The notes below the pieces were generated by a model. The model did not search any database. It worked only from the letters and a program-made list of their open reading frames with translations, and was not told the DNA's origin. From an uncultured Gemmatimonadales bacterium (GTDB lineage Bacteria; Gemmatimonadota; Gemmatimonadetes; Gemmatimonadales; GWC2-71-9), in the NCBI GenBank assembly GCA_963810165.1, contig CAWEMG010000020.1:2243-66242 (forward strand): DNA of 64,000 nucleotides, read 5' to 3'. The position numbers were made by a program, and so were the translations under genes. This document shows positions 1-10,171 of the stretch, piece by piece. Each line of letters opens with the position of its first letter. The first letter of the stretch is position 1.

Positions 1-474
1 GTGCAGCAATCATTTATCTCCCTCCAGGAGACCAATGGGCGAATCCATGCCGGATCGTGGAAACCCAGGGTGATCGCGCCTACTTGGTTTCCACCACATT
101 CCCGGCGATGAGGTTCTGCTCTTCCCGTAAGCAAGTCCCTGAGTGGAACGTTGACGGTTGCTCTGGCGTTTCTCGTGTAGCTCGCCGGAAAAGGAGAGCC
201 GGAATCGAAATTACCCTGCACAACGACATAGCCATCGCTGCGTGTACCGACAGGGATGGGTCGAAATGAACCCTGGTTTGCTTTGAATGGCACCAGGGTT
301 TTCTCGTGGACGGACACAGTTACTGCTCAGCTTGAGGAGCGCCATCAACGGGACCGCGGGCCTTATGTGCAGCAGCTTGCCAATCTCCACTACCAGATCA
401 TGACGCTCATGGCGCTCCAGGACATTTGCTCCACTGCCTGAATCTCCAGGCATTGGCTTCTCAGGGGAGCAGGG

Positions 475-1046
475 TCAGGTGGGTACCGCTATGGAAGCGG
501 GATTGTCGAGCGAAGCTCGCCGCTTTGCGGGGAGCCGCGTCTTGACAGTCTTTTGCGAGCGGACCGGCTCGCCTGCCGCCTTCCTGTTCATGAATGTTTT
601 AATGCGCGGTGCGATCTCCAGCCGGTAGCGGGAGCCGTTGAAGACACCATAGTGCCCGACACCAGCCTGGAGATGGTGCTCCTTCTTCCCAGCCGACAGG
701 TTCGGTGTGAGGTCGAGGGCCGCAACCGTCTGGCCGCGTCCGGTGATGTCGTCCTTCTCCCCCTCGATGGTCATGAGAGCACAGCGGTGGATCGCCTTGT
801 CGCCCGACCCGGTGCCGTAGGATTCAGTCGGCGGCGCATCTCCTTGCCTGTCTTAAGATGCCAGACCCAGTGATCGGCACCGAGCTCCACCTCCCCCTCG
901 ATCAGGCTGCCCTCGAGCTGCGTCACTCGCGTGATCTGACGCATGTTGGCTCCGGGCAGAAAAGTTTCGTTGACATCGATGAGACTTGACGTCGGGTTGA
1001 CATCGATGAGGCCCGACACGGGTGTCGCAGGTGACGCAGCAGGCAT
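475..1046 (-). pseudogene. C-terminal remnant of an intracellular polyhydroxyalkanoate depolymerase (PhaZ-like)
   Basis: ORF 475..774 and its in-frame upstream extension read ...GDKAIHRCALMTIEGEKDDITGRGQTVAALDL...GVGHYGVFNGSRYRLEIAPRIKTF. This matches my memory of the last ~100 aa of PhaZ. There is an in-frame stop at 853-855, and further weak similarity appears only in another frame (ORF 771..1046). The N-terminal two thirds of the family are absent. Confidence 0.4.
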
Positions 1047-1277
1047 TCTGAGGCTCCGAAAGTGATGGCGAGTGCGAACTCATTATGACTGTACGCCCAC
1101 CGACCCTCGTTGGATCTCCAATGTGTTGAGCTCGTTTTCTTAGCAGAAAATGTGACTCGGCTCACCGACGAAGACTGTAGCCTCCCCTCAATTCCCGTCC
1201 GGTCCCGCAATCCTCCCCGCTGGGTTGGCTCGCGATGAAGACCTTGATCTCCAAACACTGAACTACTCAATGCCACG

Positions 1278-2411
1278 ATGACGACACCCAACAAACGGTA
1301 CCGCGGCGCGGTTGCGCTTTTTTTGCTTGCGGCCGCATGCTCACCGCAAAACGGCAAAGGCAGGGACTCAGGTCAGGCCGGCGCGCCAACGACGGATACG
1401 GCCGCGACGGCGATGGCAGCTCCTGCCGCGCCCGATCAGCAGATGCAGGCGGTGCTGACCGAGCTTCAGGGCCTCAATCCCAAGCCCATCCCCCAACTGT
1501 CGGCGGCCGAGGCGCGCAAGCAGCCAGCCGCGGCGGATGCGGTGAAGGCACTGCTCGCCAAGCAGGGCAAGAGCACCGCCCCGGAGCCGGTCGGCCGCGT
1601 TGCCAATCGGACGATTCCGGGTACGGGTGGACCCATCGCCGTCCGCATCTACACGCCCAAAGGCTCGGGGCCATTCCCGGTCATCGTCTACTACCACGGC
1701 GGCGGCTGGGTGATCGCGGATCTGGACACCTATGACGCTCTCCGCGCGCGCTGGCCAAGCTGGCCAACGCCGTGGTCGTCTCCTCGCACTACCGCCAGGC
1801 GCCGGAGCACAAGTTCCCGGCTGCGCACGAGGACGCGTTCGCCGCCTACCGCTGGGCGCTGGCCAACGCCAAGTCCTCAAGGGCGATCCGCGCAAGGTCG
1901 CGGTGGCGGGTGAGAGCGCGGGCGGTGACCTGGCCGCCGCCGTCGCGCATGATGGCGCGAGACAGCGGGGTGCAGATGCCGGTGCACCAGCTGCTGGTCT
2001 ATCCGATCGCCGGACTACGACCTCGACACACCGTCGTACCAGGAGAACGCCGAGGCCAAGCCGCTCAACAAGCGCGATGATGGCGTGGTTCTTCGAGCAA
2101 GTACGTGCGCAGCCCGAAGATCGGCAGAATCCGCTGATTGACCTGGTCAACGCCGACCTCAAGGGACTGCCCGCCGACGACCATCATCACCGCGCAGATC
2201 GATCCGCTCCGGTCCGAGGGCAAGACCCTGGCGGATCGGCTTGGAGAGCGCCGGCGGTCGAGGTGGACTACAAGAACTACGAAGGCGTCGAGCGCACGAG
2301 TTCTTCGGCATGGGCGCCGTGCTGGATGACGCCAAGGCGGCGCAGCAGCAGGCAGCCGCCGGGTTCGCGAAGGGCTTCGGAAGGACGAAGTCAGAGTCGG
2401 CCAGCCGCTAA
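1278..2411 (+). pseudogene. alpha/beta-hydrolase fold-3 esterase/lipase (HSL family), exported, heavily frameshifted
   Basis: ORF 1278..1913 has a lipoprotein-like signal (LLAAACS) and ...VIVYYHGGGWVIADLDTYD (HGGG motif). The protein continues in other frames: VVSSHYRQAPEHKFPAAHEDA (ORF 1772), KVAVAGESAGGDLAAAV with the GxSxG motif (ORF 1732), IITAQIDPLRSEGKTLADRL (ORF 2138), then HEFFGMGAVLDDAK... to TAA 2409-2411. I count at least 6 frame changes. Confidence 0.75.
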
Positions 2412-2503
2412 GGGCGGAAAGATCCAAACCGGGAATCGGGACGTAGTTGGAGAAGGCCGGAGAATCGGCGGAAGTTCACTTTCATTACCTAAGGAGTTGG
2501 CAC

Positions 2504-3218
2504 ATGCCCACAGAGTCTCTCCAGGGCGAGGGAGAGCTGAACTTCCTCGATAAGCTGGCGCGCACCACGGGTCGCAGAAAGTTTCTGCACTGGTCCGGTG
2601 TAACCCTCGCGGTCGTGGCGCTCGGCTGTAGCGACGACGACGACGACGACGGTGGCATGGACCCCGGAGGGCGAAGTGAACCTCGGCTCCGGCGACACCG
2701 GTGTCCTCAACTACGCCTATGCGCTGGAACAACTCGAGGCCGCGTTCTACACTCAGGTGCTCGCGGGCGCGTACTACACCGGGGCGCCGCTCAACGAGCA
2801 GACGATCCTCGGGGACATCAAGAACCACGAGGTGATCCACCGCGAGTTCCTGAAGGCCGCGCTCGGCAGCGCCGCCATCCCCGCCCTGAAGGTTGACTTC
2901 ACCAGCGTTGACTTCGGCAGCCGCGCCAGCGTGCTCGGCACGGCCAAGACCTTCGAGGATCTCGGCGTGTCCGCGTACAACGGCGCGGGCCAGCTTCTCA
3001 CCGTGGCGGACAACCTCCTCACTGCCGGCAAGATCGTGTCGGTCGAGGCGCGCCACGCCGCGGCCATCCGCGACCTCCTGGTCCCCAACTCGTTTGCCGC
3101 GAGCGACGTGGTCACCGCCACCGGCCTCGACAAGGCGGATTCGCCCACCACCGTGCTCACCGCCGCCGACCCTTACATCACGACCACCATCAACGCGTCG
3201 GGTCTGCCGACCGCCTGA
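2504..3218 (+). CDS. ferritin-like domain protein (PF13668-type), Tat/lipoprotein signal, one frame break
   Basis: ATG 2504 lies 8 nt after AAGGAG. The N-terminus reads ...RRKFLHWSGVTLAVVALGCSDDDDDDGG (ORF 2447 frame). The frame then switches near 2661-2667 into ORF 2652..3218, which carries GVLNYAYALEQLEAAFY and VSVEARHAAAIRDL. Confidence 0.7.
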
Positions 3219-3231
3219 GGAGCCAGGACTC

Positions 3232-4017
3232 ATGAAAGACACGACGATTTTCGGCAGTATCGATCCCGAGCTGACCAAGCTGGTGGTCTCCCGGCGGGGC
3301 GCCGTGAGGGAAACCGGAAAGATGGCCGGCGCGATTGCCATCGCATCCATGCCGGTGGCGTTCGGACTCATGGCCCGGAGCGCCTTTGCCCAGGGAACCG
3401 CACTGCCGGCGGAGATTCTGGACGTTCTGAACTTCGCGCTCACGCTGGAGTATCTGGAAGACGAGTTCTATCGCGGCGGGCTCGATGCCAGCGTCATGGA
3501 CTCGGCCGACCGGCCCATTTTCGAGACCATCAGCGCCCATGAAACGGCGCACGTTGCTTTGCTCACCAGCGCCATCAGTGGGGGCGGTGGAACTCCAGTC
3601 GACAAGCCGACCTTCGACTTTACCGCGGGCGGAACGTTCCCTGACCCGTTCTCGGATTATCCGACCTTCGAGGCGCTCTCGCAGGGCTTCGAGGACACGG
3701 GAGTCCGGGCGTATAAGGGCCAGGCGGGGGCACTGATGTCCAACAACGCCATCCTGACCACGGCGCTCCAGATCCACTCCGTGGAAGCGCGTCACGCCTC
3801 GGCGGTACGCCGGCTTCGGGGGCAGAATGGCTGGATTACCGGCAATCAAGCGGACGTCCCGGCGCTGGCCCCGGTCTACGCCGGCGAGGAGAATACCACC
3901 CAAGGCACGGTCAACACGGCCAGCTTCGGTACCGTCGCCAGCGCATCTGAGGCCTTTGACGAGCCGCTGACAATGGACCAGGTCAACGCGATCGCCTCGC
4001 TGTTCATCGTGGCTTGA
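3232..4017 (+). CDS. ferritin-like domain protein (PF13668-type), exported
   Basis: Internal ATG 3232 of ORF 2893..4017. Motifs: signal-like AIAIASMPVAFGLMARSAFAQG, DVLNFALTLEYLEDEFY, IHSVEARHASAVRRL. Paralogous to the preceding gene. Confidence 0.75.
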   Translation: MKDTTIFGSIDPELTKLVVSRRGAVRETGKMAGAIAIASMPVAFGLMARSAFAQGTALPAEILDVLNFALTLEYLEDEFYRGGLDASVMDSADRPIFETISAHETAHVALLTSAISGGGGTPVDKPTFDFTAGGTFPDPFSDYPTFEALSQGFEDTGVRAYKGQAGALMSNNAILTTALQIHSVEARHASAVRRLRGQNGWITGNQADVPALAPVYAGEENTTQGTVNTASFGTVASASEAFDEPLTMDQVNAIASLFIVA

Positions 4018-4038
4018 TCAAGCGCGGCAGAGTGCAGG

Positions 4039-4068
4039 AGCCCGCCGGTGTTGCCGGCGGGCTTTTTC
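4039..4068. terminator. GC-rich hairpin plus T-run between convergent genes
   Basis: AGCCCGCCGG (4039-4048) pairs with CCGGCGGGCT (4054-4063) across a 5-nt loop. It is followed by TTTTT and lies between stop 4015-4017 (+) and stop 4067-4069 (-). Confidence 0.6.
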
Positions 4069-5143
4069 ATGGCTCAGGAGTCCGTTTCAGCTGCACACCC
4101 CCCTTGCGGTTAGGCGGCCTATGGACGAACGCCATTACGTCATCCACCACTGGTGCGATGTTGGACCGCGGCAATGCCAACGCCAAGATGATGGTGATGT
4201 GGTCGAGGCCCCGGTACAGGATGATCTGTGCGCTTCCTCCTCGCTCCTGTATGCGGGCTGCAAGCCGTATAGAGTTGGCCGGCGACACGAGTCGGTCGCC
4301 TCCACCGTGCAGGAGCAACAGAGGGGACGCCGAGCCGTCCACCAGAACCATGGGGTAGGTCCTGGGCCACAGTTCCCGCGGCCCCATGAGCGCCTGCACG
4401 TCCGAATCGGTCCAGGTCGTGGCCACCGGTCCGGCCAGGCTGATGAAGCCCTTCACCGCCGAGCCCGGAACGCCGGCGTCCCGGAGGTAATGATCGTCTA
4501 GGGCCAGTAGAGTCGCGGTGTGAGCGCCAGAGGAGTGCCCCATGACAAAGATCCGGGAAGGGTCGCCGCCGAACTTCCCGATGCTGTCTCTGACCCAACG
4601 CACCGCTCGAGCGGCCTCCTCCACCCACACTGGAAAGCGGACCTCGGGATACTTGTGGTAGTCGGGCACCACGGCCAACACGCCCTCTCTGGTCAGGCCG
4701 TCTCCCAGCAGGCGGTACTCCTCCTTCGAGCCACTCTGCCATCGGCCGCCATACAGGAAGACGATGACTGGAGCGGAGTTCTTCAGGTGGCGGGGCCGAT
4801 AGACATCGAGTCGCTGCTCTGGGCCCGGGCCGTACGGCACATCCGGTGACAATTCGAAGTGGTTGCCTACCAGAATCGATTCCGCGAGCTGACGTGGAGC
4901 GCACGCCACGATTGGCCCTGCTAGGAGCAGGGGCAGCGCCTGAGCCCACCGTGGGGCGCGGGCACTAGCCTGCTTATCCCCAACGGCCTCCGGAAACCTG
5001 GAGTTAACTATGGCGTCCGATTCATCGGGCCGGGGCCGGCCTGACGGCCTTCGAGCTCGCTCACCCGTCTGCGCTGGACCCCGGCATAGATGCCGAGTGC
5101 CAGGAAGGAGCACCACGAGCGACACCCGCGGCGAGCCAGCCAT
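4067..5143 (-). CDS. alpha/beta hydrolase (carboxylesterase-like), start uncertain
   Basis: ORF 4067..5143 carries VIVFLYGGRWQSG, FVMGHSSGAHTA (GxSxG) and LLLLHGGGDRLV. A lipoprotein-like ALPLLLAGPIVACAP is present. The 5' end overlaps the anti-sigma ORF, so the true start is probably internal or affected by a frame break. Confidence 0.7.
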   Translation of the reverse strand: MAGSPRVSLVVLLPGTRHLCRGPAQTGERARRPSGRPRPDESDAIVNSRFPEAVGDKQASARAPRWAQALPLLLAGPIVACAPRQLAESILVGNHFELSPDVPYGPGPEQRLDVYRPRHLKNSAPVIVFLYGGRWQSGSKEEYRLLGDGLTREGVLAVVPDYHKYPEVRFPVWVEEAARAVRWVRDSIGKFGGDPSRIFVMGHSSGAHTATLLALDDHYLRDAGVPGSAVKGFISLAGPVATTWTDSDVQALMGPRELWPRTYPMVLVDGSASPLLLLHGGGDRLVSPANSIRLAARIQERGGSAQIILYRGLDHITIILALALPRSNIAPVVDDVMAFVHRPPNRKGGVQLKRTPEP

Positions 5144-5510
5144 AATCGAGCGGCCGGTGAACCGAGTGATGGACCAGCAGGATGCCGGCGAGACCGGCGG
5201 CCACCATCCATCCGCTCCACTGATAAATCATCGAAGAGGCCTTTCGTGTGATCGGAATGGCGCGGTCGGAACGGGCCCGGGCGAGCAGACGGGCGCGGAC
5301 CGCTGATGAGCGCTCGGGGCCCATGGGACGGGCGGGGAGCTGCAGCGCGAGGGCGGCCGCGGCATCCCGATACTGCCGGAGCAACATGGCACACTCCGCG
5401 CAATCTCGAACATGCGCCAGGACCCGCTCCCCCTCCGCCGGGTCCAGCATCTCCAGCGCGGCCTCCGGAAGCATCTCCTGCAGCTCGGCGTGATCCGGTG
5501 CGAGGTTCAT
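5061..5510 (-). CDS. anti-sigma factor (zf-HC2 type)
   Basis: N-terminal HVRDCAECAMLLRQY motif and one TM segment (WSGWMVAAGLAGILLV). Its start overlaps the stop of the upstream ECF sigma gene by 4 nt. Confidence 0.6.
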   Translation of the reverse strand: MNLAPDHAELQEMLPEAALEMLDPAEGERVLAHVRDCAECAMLLRQYRDAAAALALQLPARPMGPERSSAVRARLLARARSDRAIPITRKASSMIYQWSGWMVAAGLAGILLVHHSVHRPLDYGWLAAGVARGAPSWHSASMPGSSADG

Positions 5511-6154
5511 GACGGCGTCTCCCGCAGTGAATCGAGTCCCTGCCGAAGCTTCTGCATCGCCAGGCGAATACGGGTTTTCACGGTGCCGAGCGGGAGCGAG
5601 GTGCGCTCCGCAATCTCGCCATGGGACAACCCCTCGAAATACGCCAGCTCCAGCGCCGAGCGTTGATCGGGCGGCAGGGCGTTCAGCGCCGCGGCGACCT
5701 GGTGCTGCTGCTCGGCCCGCTCAAGTGCGAGTCCCGGGATCTCGGGAGTCGCGTTGCCCACCTGATCCTGCAGCGCGTTCACCGTCGCCGGCGCAGCCGT
5801 CCAGTCCGCCCGCCGCCGCCGGCCCCGCAGCCGGTCGAGTGCCCGGCTCCGGGCGATCATCATGAGCCAGGTGGACGCCGACGACCTGGCCTCGTCGTAC
5901 CGGGCCGCGGTCCGCCACACCTGCCAGAATGTCTCTTCAACAACGTCCTCGGCCTCATCCGCATCGTTCAGCATCCAGAAGGCGAGCGCGTGCACCCGCT
6001 CGGCCCACTGGTCGTAGAGGGACCCCAGCGCCGCTTCGTCGCCGGCGGCCAACCGCCGGAGAAGGGCGCGATCGGTGTCTTCATGCACGCGTGCTTGGCC
6101 TGAAGTGGAGTGGCCGGTGGAGCGGGGTGGACCCCGCTGTTGGTCATCCGTCAT
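5507..6154 (-). CDS. RNA polymerase ECF sigma factor
   Basis: Region 2 (AEDVVEETFWQVWRTAARYD...STWLMMIARSRALDRLR) and region 4 (LPPDQRSALELAYFEGLSHGEIAERTSLPLGTVKTRIRLAMQKLR). Confidence 0.9.
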   Translation of the reverse strand: MTDDQQRGPPRSTGHSTSGQARVHEDTDRALLRRLAAGDEAALGSLYDQWAERVHALAFWMLNDADEAEDVVEETFWQVWRTAARYDEARSSASTWLMMIARSRALDRLRGRRRRADWTAAPATVNALQDQVGNATPEIPGLALERAEQQHQVAAALNALPPDQRSALELAYFEGLSHGEIAERTSLPLGTVKTRIRLAMQKLRQGLDSLRETPS

Positions 6155-6342
6155 CTATACGACTGGAGCCCGCCTTTGGATTGCTATGCCCGCTGTAGTG
6201 AATTTGCCTGCCGAACATAACACGGGCCGCATTGGGATATGTCGGGACTTGTCGGTCGTCGGAAGGAAAGCTGGGCGGCGCCGTGAGGCGGAGGAGCGGG
6301 TGGGGGAACAGAGTAGACGGATCGTGCAGGGAGACTGATCGA

Positions 6343-6609
6343 CTACGCGTCCGGATCGGGCAGTTGCCAATTACAGGCCACCCATCTCCCTACCGCCGTA
6401 CCGCGAAATCGCTCCACCGAGGTGCGGCACACCGACCCGTCATAGGCAACCAGGACTGCCGGCCTCTCTTTCTGGATCACGGGTTTCACGGCAAAGACCG
6501 GCTGCGGGCCGGCCGCCACCAAGAACCCGGTGTGCGAGACGTAGGAGTAGTCTGGGAGGGCGCAGCTGGAAATGATGCAGGCAGTAAGCAGGGGGGTGGC
6601 GGCGCGCAT
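6343..6609 (-). CDS. hypothetical small lipoprotein
   Basis: 88-aa ORF with a lipobox-like LLTACIISSC. I recognise no family. Confidence 0.3.
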   Translation of the reverse strand: MRAATPLLTACIISSCALPDYSYVSHTGFLVAAGPQPVFAVKPVIQKERPAVLVAYDGSVCRTSVERFRGTAVGRWVACNWQLPDPDA

Positions 6610-6727
6610 ATAGCCTCAGCACTCATTCCTGTTGGTTGGACGACGCTGCCCCATTGTGCCGCACATCCGCTAAGGGCCCGGTCTATCTATTTTTCAGCCA
6701 GGACAGTAAAACCCTGGAGGAGACTGG

Positions 6728-7421
6728 ATGAGACCAGCCACAGACTTTTTTGCTGCTGCCACGCTGATGGCGGCCATGGTGCTCGGCTGCGGCCGTCCCG
6801 CCGAAGTCACGCAGAGTGCTCCGGCACCTGCCTCACGGGAGCAGTCGGACAGCGCCGCGATAGCCAAGGCGACGCGCGGACAGCCTCCGCTATCCCTATA
6901 CCCAGGCTGACGTTGATTTCATGTCGGCCATGATCGGCCACCACTCGCAGGCCCTCTTGATGGCCGGCTGGGCACCCACCCATGGCGCCGGTCCGGCGGT
7001 CCGTACCCTCGCCGAGCGAATCATCAATGGGCAGGAGGACGAGATCAGGAGCATGGAGCGGTGGCTCCAGGACCGGCGGAAACCCCTGCCGGAGGCCTCC
7101 CGTATGGGGGGAACCGGGCATCCGCCCGGTGCGGGGCAGGGCCACTCTCACCACGGCATGCCCGGGATGCTCTCCGAGGCGCAGCTGAAGCAGCTGGAGC
7201 AGGCGAAAGGCCCCGAGTTCGACCGGCTCTTCCTTACCTTTATGATCCAGCACCACAAGGGCGCCGTCAGGATGGTGGAGCAGCTGTTCGGGACCCCTGG
7301 GGCAGCGCGGGACGAGACGGTGTTCAAGTTTGCCAACGACGTCAGTGTGGACCAGCGCACCGAGGTGGCCCGGATGGAGCGGATGCTTGCCCAGCTGGGT
7401 TCCAGTTCAGGCAGTCAGTGA
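6728..7421 (+). CDS. DUF305 family protein, lipoprotein signal, one frame break
   Basis: ORF 6728..6910 gives the signal ATLMAAMVLGCG. The next frame reads PYTQADVDFMSAMIGHHSQAL... and FLTFMIQHHKGAVRM (ORF 6921..7421), the two HH motifs of DUF305. Confidence 0.75.
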
Positions 7422-7447
7422 TCACACCCCCATTCAAGGAACGCACC

Positions 7448-9469
7448 ATGGTATCCAGTCAGCTTCGGTCACTCTCGCTCGCTGCCGGGTTGTTGTCGGC
7501 GGCGGCGTGCGCCAGCTCCACCTCCTCCAGCTCCGACGGAACCCCGTCGCCCCGGGGCACGTCCGCGGAAGCGCCGAAGCCTGACCCCCGGGTGGGTCTC
7601 AAGGCGGGGATTATGGATGCCGGCCAAGCGAACTGGAACCTCCGGCTGGTCTCGAATACTCCGCCCTCACAGCAGTTCGTCGGGCAGACCAATTCCGACC
7701 TGGCCTTCATCGGCAACCATGTCATCCAGGGGAGCTACAACGGATGGCAGGTGTGGGACATCTCCAATCCCCGCCAGCCAACCCTGAAAACGGCCTACGT
7801 CTGCCCCGCATCGCAGAGCGACGTGTCGGTCTACAAGAACCTGCTCTTCGTGTCGGGTGAGAACCTGTCCGCCCGGCTGGACTGCGGGACCCAGGGCGTG
7901 GAAGACACGGTCAGCACCGAGCGGCTCCGCGGCATCCGGATCTTCGATATCAGCGATATCACCAAGCCGAGGAACGTCGGCAACGTCCAGACCTGCCGCG
8001 GCTCGCACACCCACACGGTGCTGGTGGACCCGAAGGACACCGAGAACGTGTACGTGTACATCTCGGGCTCCTCCCACGTGCGTCCCGAAAGCGAGCTGCC
8101 CGGCTGCGTGAGGGCTCCCAAGGATCCCAACTCGGCACTCTTCCGGATCGAAGTCATCAAGGTGCCGCTGGCGAATCCGGCTCAGGCCGCGGTTGTGAGC
8201 TCGCCGCGAATCTTCCAGGACCTGGTGGCTCCCCCGAGGCACGGCGAAGCGCCGGAGGACATCGCGGCGGAAAAGAAGCAGCTGGAGGAGGCCAAGGCAG
8301 CCGGTCTCTTCACGGTCATGATCGAAGGCGAAGAGGAGATCGTTCCGCCCCAGGCCAGCGCGGCGATGCTGGACAGCCTGGTCGCGGCTCGCGGCGGCAC
8401 CGGCGCGCCCACTGCCCAGGACAGCGCGGCCCTGCGGCAGGCGCTGCCCGCGATGGTGGAAGCGATGATGGGGGCGCATGCGGACGAGATGCCGGATTCC
8501 ACGGCGGGCCCGACCCAGTGCCATGACATCACGGTGTATCCGGCCATCGGCCTCGCCGGCGGCGCCTGCGAGGGGTACGGCTTCCTGCTCGATATCAAAA
8601 ACCCGGTGCAGCCCACCCGGATCGGCGCCGTCTCCGACTCCAACTTCTCCTACTGGCACTCGGCGACGTTCAACAACAGCGGCAACAAGATTCTCTTCTC
8701 GGATGAGTGGGGCGGTGGCAGCCAGGCCAAGTGCCGGGCGACGGACAAGCCGGAATGGGGCGCCGACGCCATCTTCACTATCGGCGCAGACAAGAAGATG
8801 CAGTTCCAGAGCTACTACAAGCTCCCGGCGCCGCAGACCGCGGCCGAGAACTGCGTGGCGCACAACGGGTCGCTGCTGCCGATTCCCGGGCGCGACATCA
8901 TGGCGCAGGCGTGGTACCAGGGCGGCATCTCCGTGTTCGACTGGACCGATCCCAAGCGGCCCAAGGAGATCGCCTTCTTCGACCGCGGTCCGGTGGACTC
9001 GACCAGGATGGAGAGCGGCGGGTACTGGTCCACCTACTGGTACAACGGCTACATCGTGGGGTCCGAGATGGCGCGCGGGCTGGACGTGTTCGAGCTGACG
9101 CCCAGCGCGTTCATCACGCAGAACGAGATCGACGCGGCCAAGTCGGTGAAGTTCGACTACCTGAACACCCAGGGCCAGCAGAAGTTCGTGTGGCCCAAGA
9201 GCTACTCGCTGGCCCGGGCCTACCTGGACCAGCTGGAGCGGTCCAAGGGGCTGGACGCTGGAAAGATCGCGGAAGTGCGGGCCGCGTTGGCGACGGCCGA
9301 GAAGGGTTCGGCAGCGGAGCGGGGCGCGGTGCTGGAGCAGGTCGTGGCCCAGCTGGAGAGCGATACCAGAGTCATCTTCCGACGCCGCGAAGGTACAGCT
9401 GCTGGCCGGCGTGGTGCGAGAGCTGGGATCGGAGACGAGTCTCGCCTCGGGGCGGTAAGCAGTAGGTGA
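7448..9469 (+). CDS. LVIVD-repeat beta-propeller protein, lipoprotein
   Basis: Internal ATG 7448 of ORF 7061..9469. Signal is LSLAAGLLSAAACAS. Also TNSDLAFIGNHVIQGSYNGWQVWDISNPRQP...CPASQSDVSVYKNLLFVSGE, typical of LVIVD-repeat proteins, which often sit next to DUF305. The last ~35 codons look out of frame; an alternative stop is TAA 9456-9458. Confidence 0.65.
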   Translation: MVSSQLRSLSLAAGLLSAAACASSTSSSSDGTPSPRGTSAEAPKPDPRVGLKAGIMDAGQANWNLRLVSNTPPSQQFVGQTNSDLAFIGNHVIQGSYNGWQVWDISNPRQPTLKTAYVCPASQSDVSVYKNLLFVSGENLSARLDCGTQGVEDTVSTERLRGIRIFDISDITKPRNVGNVQTCRGSHTHTVLVDPKDTENVYVYISGSSHVRPESELPGCVRAPKDPNSALFRIEVIKVPLANPAQAAVVSSPRIFQDLVAPPRHGEAPEDIAAEKKQLEEAKAAGLFTVMIEGEEEIVPPQASAAMLDSLVAARGGTGAPTAQDSAALRQALPAMVEAMMGAHADEMPDSTAGPTQCHDITVYPAIGLAGGACEGYGFLLDIKNPVQPTRIGAVSDSNFSYWHSATFNNSGNKILFSDEWGGGSQAKCRATDKPEWGADAIFTIGADKKMQFQSYYKLPAPQTAAENCVAHNGSLLPIPGRDIMAQAWYQGGISVFDWTDPKRPKEIAFFDRGPVDSTRMESGGYWSTYWYNGYIVGSEMARGLDVFELTPSAFITQNEIDAAKSVKFDYLNTQGQQKFVWPKSYSLARAYLDQLERSKGLDAGKIAEVRAALATAEKGSAAERGAVLEQVVAQLESDTRVIFRRREGTAAGRRGARAGIGDESRLGAVSSR

Positions 9470-9479
9470 TGAGGACGAA

Positions 9480-9499
9480 GGGGAGGCTTTCGCCTCCCC
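9480..9499 (+). terminator. stem-loop after the LVIVD gene
   Basis: GGGGAGGC TTTC GCCTCCCC, an 8-bp perfect stem 11 nt after the stop. There is no T-run. Confidence 0.45.
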
Positions 9500-9630
9500 G
9501 ATCGTCTCGGGGTCTCTCGGTTTCAGATCGCGACAAGGCAGGCTAAGGGCTGGACGAATCCGGCCGGATGTACGACGTTGAATGGAGACCGCTTCACCGC
9601 AAGGAACGCCTCAGCACCGAGGGACGAATA

Positions 9631-10155
9631 ATGCGTACTGGTTTTCTGCTCCCGCTCGCGGCTCTGGTGATAGCGGGCGCCGCAGGCTGCAGCAGGCAGG
9701 AAGGTGAGGAGTCAGCGGTGCTACTTCAGCGTGATCTCACGCGGGTAGACCCGGCCCCGAAAGTGGAAGTCGCCTCTCAGCTCGAGCTGCAACAGCCTCC
9801 GACGTCGCAGACAGTGCAGCCCCGAGCGACGATCCGGGCCGTACGGGCTTCGCGTCGTCCCAGGAACGATTCCAAGCCGTTGGCGGCGGTGCTGGCGAAA
9901 CACACCGCGGTGGCCGCCCCCGCCCCCGCCCCGGAGGCCCGGCCCACGCCGGTCGAGGAACCGCGCAACGATCGCGAGCTCTTGCCGGGCAAGACCGTCA
10001 CCATCATCCCCGTGGGCAGCGGCCCCTCGACCGCGACTGATCCGGGCGAGGACGTGGGCATGACCATGATTCGGCAGGGCCACAGCTGTCCGCCCGCCCG
10101 GCCCGGGATCGGCATCGCGGGGCGCCCGCGTCCGCCCGCCCTGATTTTGGATTGA
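9631..10155 (+). CDS. hypothetical lipoprotein
   Basis: Internal ATG 9631 of ORF 9568..10155. Signal is LLPLAALVIAGAAGCS. The sequence is Pro/Ala-rich and I recognise no family. Confidence 0.4.
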   Translation: MRTGFLLPLAALVIAGAAGCSRQEGEESAVLLQRDLTRVDPAPKVEVASQLELQQPPTSQTVQPRATIRAVRASRRPRNDSKPLAAVLAKHTAVAAPAPAPEARPTPVEEPRNDRELLPGKTVTIIPVGSGPSTATDPGEDVGMTMIRQGHSCPPARPGIGIAGRPRPPALILD

Positions 10156-10171
10156 GGCAGCCAGAGCGCGC

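Noticed and set aside
7061-7447. N-terminal 129 codons of ORF 7061..9469
   Set aside because: They overlap the DUF305 gene in another frame and are Arg/Gly/Ala-rich. A lipoprotein signal follows the internal ATG at 7448.
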